Source: Alphaproteobacteria bacterium | Lineage (GTDB): Bacteria; Pseudomonadota; Alphaproteobacteria; GCA-2731375 | DNA: 64,000 nt | Assembly: GCA_965232515.1 (NCBI GenBank) | Contig: CBDDPY010000002.1 | Span: forward strand, 4,736,001 to 4,800,000 | Direction of reading: 5' to 3' | Notes under the pieces: model-generated | Told to the model about the DNA's origin: nothing | Seen by the model: only the letters and a program-made list of their open reading frames with translations | Databases searched by the model: none | Made by a program: the position numbers and the translations under genes | In this document: positions 56,800 to 64,000 of the stretch, one piece after another | Numbering within the stretch: position 1 is the stretch's first letter | How the letters are laid out: every line of letters starts with the position of its first letter

Positions 56800-58163
56800 A
56801 TGCCGGACATGGGCTGCGGGCGCGAGCCGTCGGTGAAACGGCCGTAGCGGAAGGGCGTTGGATCGACGATCGGCGTCCTGCCGGTCACCAGGTCGGCGAG
56901 CAAGCGGCCAGCGCCGGGCCCGATGCCGAAGCCGTGGCCGGAGAAGCCGGTGCCGATGTAGAGGCCCGGCAGCTTGTCGACATCGGAGATCACCGGCACC
57001 GCGTCCGGCGTGGCGTCGATCAGGCCGGCCCAGCGGTTGGCGTAAGCTTTGCCCTGAAACACCGGATACGCCTTCGGCAGGTTCCCGGCTGCCGCATCGA
57101 GAACGCCCGCCACCGGCTCCGGATCGAGCACCCGGATGCGCTCGAACGGCGAGACCCCGTCCAGCGCCCAGCGCTTGCCCAGCCGCGCCTCGGTGAAGAA
57201 CCGCTTGCCGAAGCGCAGCCGCAGGTCCTTCCACTCCATGCGCAGCACGGGCAGGAAGTCCAGCAGGTAGCGGAAGCTGTCCGGGACGATCTCGGCGACG
57301 GTGGTGGTGCCGTTTGCGATCGTGTAGCCGCCGTCCTGCCGCTTGCGGAAAGCGAACCCCGGCCCGATCGCCGCCGGTTCGGGACCGCCGTCGAACGGCT
57401 GCAGCCGCATCACCGAGGACAGCACTTTGAGTTGCGGCAGCCGCAAGCCGAGACTTCGGCAGAACATGCTCGACCAGGCGCCGCCAGCCAACACCACCGA
57501 CGAACAGCCGATGCGGCCCTTCTCGGTCACCACGCCCGAGATCCGGCCGCCCTCGGTCTCGACCCCGCGCACGGCGCATTCCGTCAGTATCGTGGCGCCG
57601 AGCTTGCGGGCGCCGGCGGCGATCGCCGGCGCCGCCAGCTGCGGCTCGGCCCGGCCGTCGCTTTCGGTATAGAGCGCGCCTTCGAACGGCATGGCCGCGC
57701 CCGGCAGCAGCTTGTCGAGCTCCTCGCCGCGGATAATGCGGCTGTCGAGCTGGAACGCGCGGACATGTTCCAGCCAGGCCTCGCGCCGGGCCATGTCGGC
57801 CTCGGTCTTGCAGAGATAGACGATGCCCGACGGCCGGAAGCCGGTCTCGCCGTCCACGATCTGGTCCATCTGCCGCCACAGGCCCATGCTTTCGATCATC
57901 AGCGGCACTTCGCGCGGGTCGCGGCCCATCTTGCGCACCCAGCCCCAGTTGCGGCTGGACTGCTCGGCGGCGATCCGGCCCTTCTCGCACAGCGCCACCG
58001 AGACGCCGTCCTGGGCCAGGAACAGCGCCGTGCTGACGCCGGCGATGCCGCCGCCGATCACCACCACGTCCACGCGTTCGGGCAGCGTCTCGTCGGCCTG
58101 AAACGGCGCCAGCGGCGGCGCCTGCCACGGCGCGCCGATACCGTTGGTGCGTTGTTCGTTCAT
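56796..58163 (-). CDS. FAD-dependent oxidoreductase (DadA/D-amino acid oxidase family)
   Basis: VIGGGIAG, EQSSRNWGW.R, WAG.ID.TPD..PVI, GFSGHGFGIGPG. Confidence 0.9.
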   Translation of the reverse strand: MNEQRTNGIGAPWQAPPLAPFQADETLPERVDVVVIGGGIAGVSTALFLAQDGVSVALCEKGRIAAEQSSRNWGWVRKMGRDPREVPLMIESMGLWRQMDQIVDGETGFRPSGIVYLCKTEADMARREAWLEHVRAFQLDSRIIRGEELDKLLPGAAMPFEGALYTESDGRAEPQLAAPAIAAGARKLGATILTECAVRGVETEGGRISGVVTEKGRIGCSSVVLAGGAWSSMFCRSLGLRLPQLKVLSSVMRLQPFDGGPEPAAIGPGFAFRKRQDGGYTIANGTTTVAEIVPDSFRYLLDFLPVLRMEWKDLRLRFGKRFFTEARLGKRWALDGVSPFERIRVLDPEPVAGVLDAAAGNLPKAYPVFQGKAYANRWAGLIDATPDAVPVISDVDKLPGLYIGTGFSGHGFGIGPGAGRLLADLVTGRTPIVDPTPFRYGRFTDGSRPQPMSGI

Positions 58164-58230
58164 GCCGCCATCGTTCCCGAAACGGCGGGCCGGCGCAACC
58201 GAAGCGATTGCTGACGCGTCGGCGTTGGCG

Positions 58231-58833
58231 CTATTTGACCTCGATATAGAACGTCGCCCAGGGCCAGCGCTGTTCGTCCTCGTCGGTCACGGGCTTGCCG
58301 TCGCGCCGCTGGTAGACGATCCAGAGCGGTCCGCGCTGGCCGATGTCGAGATAGCGGCCGTCGCGCTTGACGCCGACGATCCAGTCGAAGGCCGCGACGT
58401 CGGCGGCGGACAGCTCGGACCCGAAGCCGTCGAGCGCGAACAGGGTCACGTCCTTGCCCGTCGCGCCGGCGGCCGCCAGTACGTCCTTCAGCCACGGCCC
58501 CTCGAACCGGGCCGGTTTCGGCCAGGCGTCGATGTCGATCTCTGTCGTCTGCATGCCCAGCGCTTCCAGCATGGCCAAATCGAAGGCCACGGCCCGCGCG
58601 AAGCTCTTGTCGTGATACTTCAGAAAGCCGTCCTCGAAGTCGTCGAAGGCCGGCCGGTTGGACGCGGAGATATTACCGGCGATGGTCAGCACGACTTGGC
58701 CGGTCGGCGTCGCCGGCTCGGCCGCCCGCGACGGCCCGCTTGCGATCGATACGGCGAGCGCAACGACCGCCGCGCAGGCGAGGGCGCCGAGCCCCCGTCG
58801 GGTGTGTCGGGCCGTTGATGTGGCAATGGTCAT
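58231..58833 (-). CDS. Periplasmic SUOX-fold (molybdopterin-binding-domain-like) protein, PruR-like
   Basis: Signal peptide; VVLTI.GNI, FD..ML.AL, W....FEGP.L.DVL, ALDGF, RGPLWIVY, W.W; no Cys in the mature domain. Confidence 0.7.
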   Translation of the reverse strand: MTIATSTARHTRRGLGALACAAVVALAVSIASGPSRAAEPATPTGQVVLTIAGNISASNRPAFDDFEDGFLKYHDKSFARAVAFDLAMLEALGMQTTEIDIDAWPKPARFEGPWLKDVLAAAGATGKDVTLFALDGFGSELSAADVAAFDWIVGVKRDGRYLDIGQRGPLWIVYQRRDGKPVTDEDEQRWPWATFYIEVK

Positions 58834-59185
58834 GGCGATGCCCCCTGGTTGTCAGCGCCCCGATGTTGCCGCAGTTCGCCGCGTCGGTCGACCATGGCCG
58901 TCATTGACCGGTCAGACAATCGATCCAGTTTGGCTCACATGAACGACGACATGGACCGTCCCGAGATCGACCAATGCCCAGACGGCGCGGCGTTCCGGCG
59001 CTTGTCCTCAAGATTGCCTCTCTTTTGCCACAATCAAATGCTACTGCCCGACACTCCCGATTGCCGGAAACAGGCTTACCGACATCTCGAAAATCCGCCG
59101 ACCCGAACCGGGCAGTGATCCGGCATGTGCGCACTCATTCCCGAAACATCCGATCGACGCCGCGCTCGCGCGCGACTGGGCGCGA

Positions 59186-60205
59186 TTGCTTAAGCGGTAT
59201 GCGCGGCCGAGCACGGGGCGCAGTCTGTTCGAGCTGACGGTCACCCTGGTGCCGCTTGTGGCCATCTGGGTGCTGATGGTCTTGAGCCTCGACTATGGCT
59301 ACTGGATCGCGCTCATTCTGTCCCTGCCGGCGGCGGGACTGCTGGTGCGCCTGTTCATGATCCAGCACGACTGCGGCCACTACGCGTTTTTCAAATCGCG
59401 GCGCGCCAATGATCTGCTCGGGTCATTGATCGGTGTGCTCACGCTCACGCCGCATGGCTATTGGCGCGATGCGCATGCGATCCATCACGCAACGTCGGGC
59501 GATCTGGACCGCAGCGACATCGGCGAAGTCATCTTGATGACGGTGCGCGACTACGAGGCGTTGCCGCGTTGGCGCCGGCTGGCCTATCGCCTGTATCGCC
59601 ACCCGCTGGTGTTCTTCGGCCTGGGGCCGGTCTATGTGTTCGTTCTCAAATTTCGACTGCCGCTCGACATGTTGTGCCGCCGCTGGCGCCTGCTGCCCGG
59701 CGTCATGGTCACGAACCTGGCCATCGGCGGTGTCGTCGCCCTGATCGGCTTCGTCGTCGGCTACGCGGAATTCGCGATGGTTCAGGTACCGATCACCATG
59801 ATCGCCGCGTCAATCGGCGTCTGGCTGTTCTTCGTTCAGCATCAGTTCGAAGATACCTATTGGGGCCGGTCGGACGAGTGGGATTTCCATAGCGCCGCCG
59901 TTGCCGGCAGTTCGTACTACGATCTGCCGGGGGTGTTGCGCTGGTTCACCGCCAATATCGGCGTACATCACGTGCATCATCTGTGCAGCCGGATACCCAA
60001 CTATCGTCTGCAGGCTTGCCTGAAGCGAGTCCCGGAACTGCGCCTGATCAATCGTCTGACGCTACGCCAAAGCGTGGCCTGCGTGCCGCTGACCTTATGG
60101 GACGAGCAACGTCAACGGCTGGTGAGCTTTCGCACGTTGGCGCGAAACCGCGCGGCGGCGAAGCGTGCATCCGAAAAAGAAAGCGGCTCACGGACGGATC
60201 CGTAA
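59186..60205 (+). CDS. Membrane fatty acid desaturase (Des-like)
   Basis: His boxes HDCGH, HAIHH and HHVHH; FFVQHQFE; SRIPNYRL. The true start is probably further upstream. Confidence 0.9.
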   Translation: MLKRYARPSTGRSLFELTVTLVPLVAIWVLMVLSLDYGYWIALILSLPAAGLLVRLFMIQHDCGHYAFFKSRRANDLLGSLIGVLTLTPHGYWRDAHAIHHATSGDLDRSDIGEVILMTVRDYEALPRWRRLAYRLYRHPLVFFGLGPVYVFVLKFRLPLDMLCRRWRLLPGVMVTNLAIGGVVALIGFVVGYAEFAMVQVPITMIAASIGVWLFFVQHQFEDTYWGRSDEWDFHSAAVAGSSYYDLPGVLRWFTANIGVHHVHHLCSRIPNYRLQACLKRVPELRLINRLTLRQSVACVPLTLWDEQRQRLVSFRTLARNRAAAKRASEKESGSRTDP

Positions 60206-60245
60206 GCCGCATTTGTTGCACGAGATTCAATACGTGCGGGCCGGC

Positions 60246-61514
60246 TCAGGCCGCCCGTTTACGCCGCCGCCTTGCGCTGGGCGGCGTATTCGCGTTGGCC
60301 GCGGCCGGGCGCGGCCGGCCGCGTCGGCGGCGCGACTTGCCGTTGGGCTTCTTGCCCTTGGGCGGGCCTTCGGCGCCGTCGGCCGGCGCATCGCCGACCA
60401 CCGTCAGCCGCAGCCGGATCAGTCGCTCGATGTCGCGCAAATAGCCGCGCTCGCTGGCATCGCAGAACGAAAACGCGGCGCCGCCGGCGCCGGCGCGCGC
60501 CGTGCGTCCAATGCGGTGCACGTAGCTTTCGGGCACCTCGGGCAGCTCGTAGTTGATGACATGGCTCACCCCGTCGACGTCGATGCCGCGGGCGGCGATA
60601 TCGGTCGCTACCAGGACCCGCGCCTTGCCGTCGCGGAACCGCTTCAGCGCGCGCTGGCGGGCGCCCTGGCTCTTGTTGCCGTGGATTGCCTCGGCGGCAA
60701 TGCCGGTCTTGCCGAGCTGCTCGGCCACACGGTTGGCGCGGTGCTTGGTGCGGGCGAACACGATCACCCGCGACAGCGCCGGGTCGGCCAGGATCCGGAC
60801 CAGCAGGGCCCGTTTGCCGCCGGCGTCGACATGGTAGACGTGTTGATCGATACGCTCGACCGGGGTCGCCTGTGGCGTCACCTCGACACGTACGGGATCG
60901 GTCAGGATCTCGCTCGACAGCCGGCCGATCTCGCCCGGCATGGTGGCCGAGAACAGCAGCGACTGACGGCTTTGGGGCAGGGCCCGGACGATCTTCCGGA
61001 CGTCGCGGACGAAGCCCATGTCCAGCATCCGGTCGGCCTCGTCGAGCACGAAGAAGTCGACCGCCTCGAGCCCGACCCGGCCCTGGCCCATCAGGTCCAA
61101 CAGGCGGCCGGGCGTGGCGATCAGGATGTCGACGCCGCGGGCCAGCGCGTCGACCTGCGGCTTCTGGCCGACGCCGCCGAAAATCACGGTCTGGCGCAGG
61201 CGCAGGTTCTTGCCGTAGGCGCGGAAGTCGTCGCCGATCTGGATCGCCAGCTCACGGGTCGGCGCCAGGATCAGGGCGCGGGGGCTCCGCGGCACCCGGT
61301 TGCGGCGCGCCGTCAAAAGCTGGTGCAGGATCGGCAGGGCGAAGGCGGCGGTCTTGCCGGTGCCGGTCTGGGCGATGCCCAGCATGTTCCGACCGGCGAG
61401 AAGTTCGGGTATGGCCCGGGCCTGGATCGGCGTCGGGATCACATGATTTCGCGCATTCAACGCACGCAGCAGCGGATCGGCCAGGCCGAGCGCTGAAAAA
61501 CTGATATCGGTCAC
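60246..61514 (-). CDS. DEAD-box RNA helicase (RhlE-like)
   Basis: [44 protein letters not shown], basic tail; GTG start after AAGGA. Confidence 0.93.
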   Translation of the reverse strand: MTDISFSALGLADPLLRALNARNHVIPTPIQARAIPELLAGRNMLGIAQTGTGKTAAFALPILHQLLTARRNRVPRSPRALILAPTRELAIQIGDDFRAYGKNLRLRQTVIFGGVGQKPQVDALARGVDILIATPGRLLDLMGQGRVGLEAVDFFVLDEADRMLDMGFVRDVRKIVRALPQSRQSLLFSATMPGEIGRLSSEILTDPVRVEVTPQATPVERIDQHVYHVDAGGKRALLVRILADPALSRVIVFARTKHRANRVAEQLGKTGIAAEAIHGNKSQGARQRALKRFRDGKARVLVATDIAARGIDVDGVSHVINYELPEVPESYVHRIGRTARAGAGGAAFSFCDASERGYLRDIERLIRLRLTVVGDAPADGAEGPPKGKKPNGKSRRRRGRPRPAAANANTPPSARRRRKRAA

Positions 61515-61792
61515 GCAAAGGTCCTTATGCGCCGGCGGGCGGCGTCGTTGACGCGGCCGGCTTCCGGCGTTTTGCCCGGCTCCGGGCGCGGCCGGAGGGG
61601 CTTGATGATGATCGATTGTTCCCGGGAAATGGCGCCGCATCGTGGCGGCGCTTCGCGCTATCGCGAGACAATGTACGCCGCAGACATGGCGCGGCCGGCT
61701 GAAAAAGTCAAGTAAATCAGGTTTTTATGTCTGATTGCGCGGATCGGCCGCGTGCCTTGATCCGAGGTTTCGGCCCCGGACCGGACTTCAGG

Positions 61793-61999
61793 CTACAGCA
61801 GGCCTTCACGCTGCGCGCGCTTGCGCTGCAGCTTGCGCTGCCTGCGGGCGGCCTCGGCCGCTTCGCGGGCGCGGCGCTCCGACGGCTTTTCGTAATGCCG
61901 GCGACGCTTCATCTCGCGGAACGTGCCCTCCCGCTGCATCTTCTTTTTCAGGACGCGCAGCGCCTGGTCAACGTTGTTGTCGCGCACGTAAACGATCAC
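61793..61999 (-). CDS. rpsU: 30S ribosomal protein S21
   Basis: [26 protein letters not shown]....YEKPSE. Confidence 0.96.
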   Translation of the reverse strand: MIVYVRDNNVDQALRVLKKKMQREGTFREMKRRRHYEKPSERRAREAAEAARRQRKLQRKRAQREGLL

Positions 62000-62130
62000 G
62001 GTTGCGGTCTCCTTTCGCGGTGCAACTTCGGCCGCCGGATTGGATCGAGCCCGCGCTGGGCGGGCCCGTTCCGGCGAAATCCGTTCGGCTTGGACCAGTG
62101 GTCCAGCCCCGGCCGCGGTGGCCGGTGGGT

Positions 62131-62340
62131 TCAGTCTTCCAGCTTCAGGTTTTCCGCCGAAGACTTCCCGTCACGGCCCGGCTGCAGCTCGTAGGACACG
62201 CGCTGACCCTCATCCAAACCGGCGATGCCGGCCCGCTCGAGCGCCGAAATATGCACAAATGCATCCTTGCCGCCCTCGTCAGGGGTGATGAAGCCGAAGC
62301 CCTTTACGGCGTTGAACCATTTCACGGTTCCTGTCGTCAT
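62131..62340 (-). CDS. cspA: Cold-shock protein
   Basis: [24 protein letters not shown]. Confidence 0.93.
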   Translation of the reverse strand: MTTGTVKWFNAVKGFGFITPDEGGKDAFVHISALERAGIAGLDEGQRVSYELQPGRDGKSSAENLKLED

Positions 62341-62536
62341 TCGTCTTAGTCCTTCAAAAATTCGTGGACCGTCGGTGCCGCGTGCGCCGACGGGTCTCAG
62401 CCGATTAAGTTGCGAGGAGTAAGACGTCTAGGTCGGCGTGACGAAGCGAAATACGCCGCGTATCTCAAAGCGCTGATCCGCTGATATAGGCTGTTCCCGG
62501 CAAAAAGGCAATCGGGACGGACGGCATGCCGTGCCG

Positions 62537-63541
62537 TCAGCCGCCGAAGCGGCGGCGGTAGTCCTGGGGCGTCAGGCCGGTATGGCGCTTGAACAGGTTG
62601 CGGAAAAAGATCGGATCGTCATAGCCGACGGCATCGCAAACCGCCTGGATCCGCATGCCGCCGTTCTCCAGCAGGCGCTTGGCCCGGGCGATGCGCAGCT
62701 TTTGCAGGTAAGCGAGCGGCGTCAGGCCCGTTGCGGCCTTGAAGCGGCGGATGAAATTTCGCGGACTCATGCCGATTTCGCGCGCCAGCGGTTCCAGTTG
62801 CACCTCGCCCCGGTAGTCGCGGTGCAGCCGTTCCTGCGCCCGCTGGATCGCCTCGTCGTCATGGCGGGCGCCGATATCGAGGTGGGCGAAGGCGACCTGC
62901 CAGATCCGCGGCATCTCGATCAGCATGGCCTTGGCGCATTGCACCGCCACCTCGCGGCCGCAGAACTTCTCCACCAGATAGAGGCTCAGGTCCGAGGCCG
63001 AGTTGATGCCGCCGCCGCAATAGATGCCGCCGCTGTCGGTCACCAGATAGTCCGCCTGCCAGTCCACGTCCGGGAAACGCTCGGCGTAAAGCCGGGCGAA
63101 CGCCCAGTGCATGGTGCCCTGCCGGCCGGCCAACAACCCGGCCTCGGCGACCAGCGCAACGCCCGAACAGACCGCCGCGATCTCGGCGCCTTGATCGGCC
63201 TGCGTCCGCAGCCAGGGCACGATCTCGGCGTTCCGCGCGATCACGGTATCGATGTCGTAGCCGTCCGTCGCCAGCATTTCGAGATCGAAGCCGGCGGCCG
63301 GCACGAAGATCAGATCGCTGCGCTCGACGTCCTCCAGCGCCCGGTCCGGCGTCAGCCGCATCGGCCCGTCCGGCGTCACGGTCTTGCCGCCGGGCGAGGC
63401 CGTGGTGACGCGGAACCTCGGCGCCGGCGACCCGTTGCCGAGCGCGTTCCAGATCACGCCGGCGCCGCGGAAGATCTCGATGGCGTTGACGGCGGTCGAG
63501 ACATAGCCGCCGTTCAGGAACAGGACGGTGACGTCGATCAT
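62537..63541 (-). CDS. GlxA family regulator (DJ-1/PfpI + AraC)
   Basis: AVCSG..L.AEAGLL.GR..T.HW; MSPRNF.RRFK.ATG.TP; VGYDD..FF..LFKR.TG.TP..YR. Confidence 0.92.
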   Translation of the reverse strand: MIDVTVLFLNGGYVSTAVNAIEIFRGAGVIWNALGNGSPAPRFRVTTASPGGKTVTPDGPMRLTPDRALEDVERSDLIFVPAAGFDLEMLATDGYDIDTVIARNAEIVPWLRTQADQGAEIAAVCSGVALVAEAGLLAGRQGTMHWAFARLYAERFPDVDWQADYLVTDSGGIYCGGGINSASDLSLYLVEKFCGREVAVQCAKAMLIEMPRIWQVAFAHLDIGARHDDEAIQRAQERLHRDYRGEVQLEPLAREIGMSPRNFIRRFKAATGLTPLAYLQKLRIARAKRLLENGGMRIQAVCDAVGYDDPIFFRNLFKRHTGLTPQDYRRRFGG

Positions 63542-63554
63542 CCATCCATATGTT

Positions 63555-63590
63555 TGTCGGAAAAGACATTGTTCAATGGCATTTCCGCCA
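63555..63590. promoter_or_regulatory. Two short palindromes in the GlxA/tautomerase divergent promoter
   Basis: TGTC-N6-GACA (63555-63568) and TGGC-N6-GCCA (63577-63590), 22 bp apart. Confidence 0.5.
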
Positions 63591-63674
63591 TCTCACGTCA
63601 GACCGCTCGGTGCATAGATTTAGCCTGTCCGCCGGTGTTCGGCGGCCACCGCGAAACCGCACAGGAGCACAGAC

Positions 63675-63902
63675 ATGCCGTTCGTCAACGTTCGCACCGT
63701 CAAGGGCCTGCTGACCGAGGCCCAGCGCCAGGAGATGCAGGACCGCATCAGCCAGGTGATGCTGGAGATCGAGGGCCGGGGCAATCCCGATTTCCGGAAA
63801 TACATCATGGTCCTGATCGAGGAGCATGACGCCACGGCCTGGGCCGTGCACGGCAATAAGCTCACGCCCGAAATCGTCGACGGCCTCGTCGCCGGTCTTT
63901 GA
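63675..63902 (+). CDS. 4-oxalocrotonate tautomerase family protein
   Basis: N-terminal MP (catalytic Pro1), V.IEE.....W...G; AGGAG Shine-Dalgarno. Confidence 0.85.
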   Translation: MPFVNVRTVKGLLTEAQRQEMQDRISQVMLEIEGRGNPDFRKYIMVLIEEHDATAWAVHGNKLTPEIVDGLVAGL

Positions 63903-63912
63903 TTCCTTGGGC

Positions 63913-64000
63913 TCAGGCCGGGGCCGGCACGTCCGGTCCCGCGCCCTTGCGCAATCCCTCCACCAGGCCGTCGACCACGGCGCGGACCCGGGCCGAGGTC
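63913..64000 (-). CDS. C-terminus of probable LysR regulator (truncated by window)
   Basis: ...TSARVRAVVDGLVEGLRKGAGPDVPAPA*; ARVRAV matches the C-termini of other LysRs in this window. Confidence 0.55.
   Translation of the reverse strand, partial: TSARVRAVVDGLVEGLRKGAGPDVPAPA

Overview
GC-rich chromosomal window from an alphaproteobacterium. The lineage is inferred from a Caulobacter-type flagellin, a PleC/DivJ-like kinase, CtrA-like boxes and the tRNA-Ala(CGC)-yggT-yggU-folD order. It holds about 57 CDS: housekeeping genes (hisC, leuA, folD, rpsU, cspA, DEAD helicase), transporters (MFS, Liv-type ABC), many regulators (5 LysR, 2 Crp/Fnr, 2 AraC, RpiR) and motility or surface signalling genes. 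No transposase, integrase, prophage or CRISPR array was seen. The most striking signals are non-coding. (1) A GEMM-I (c-di-GMP-I class) riboswitch at 18325-18413 has a P1 3' strand that is the Shine-Dalgarno of an orphan flagellin, and it carries U instead of the ligand-pairing C92. (2) A candidate sigma54-dependent small RNA at ~10510-10593 is preceded by two LuxO-type TTGCA-W3-TGCAA boxes and a perfect CtrA box. Notable proteins are a chemoreceptor fusing a NIT nitrate sensor to two Aer2-like PAS-heme domains, two tandem ~900-aa FecR-domain secreted proteins with duplicated promoters, an ABC ATPase lacking the signature motif, and an unannotated pair of small membrane proteins. All calls come from reading motifs by eye; no database search was run.
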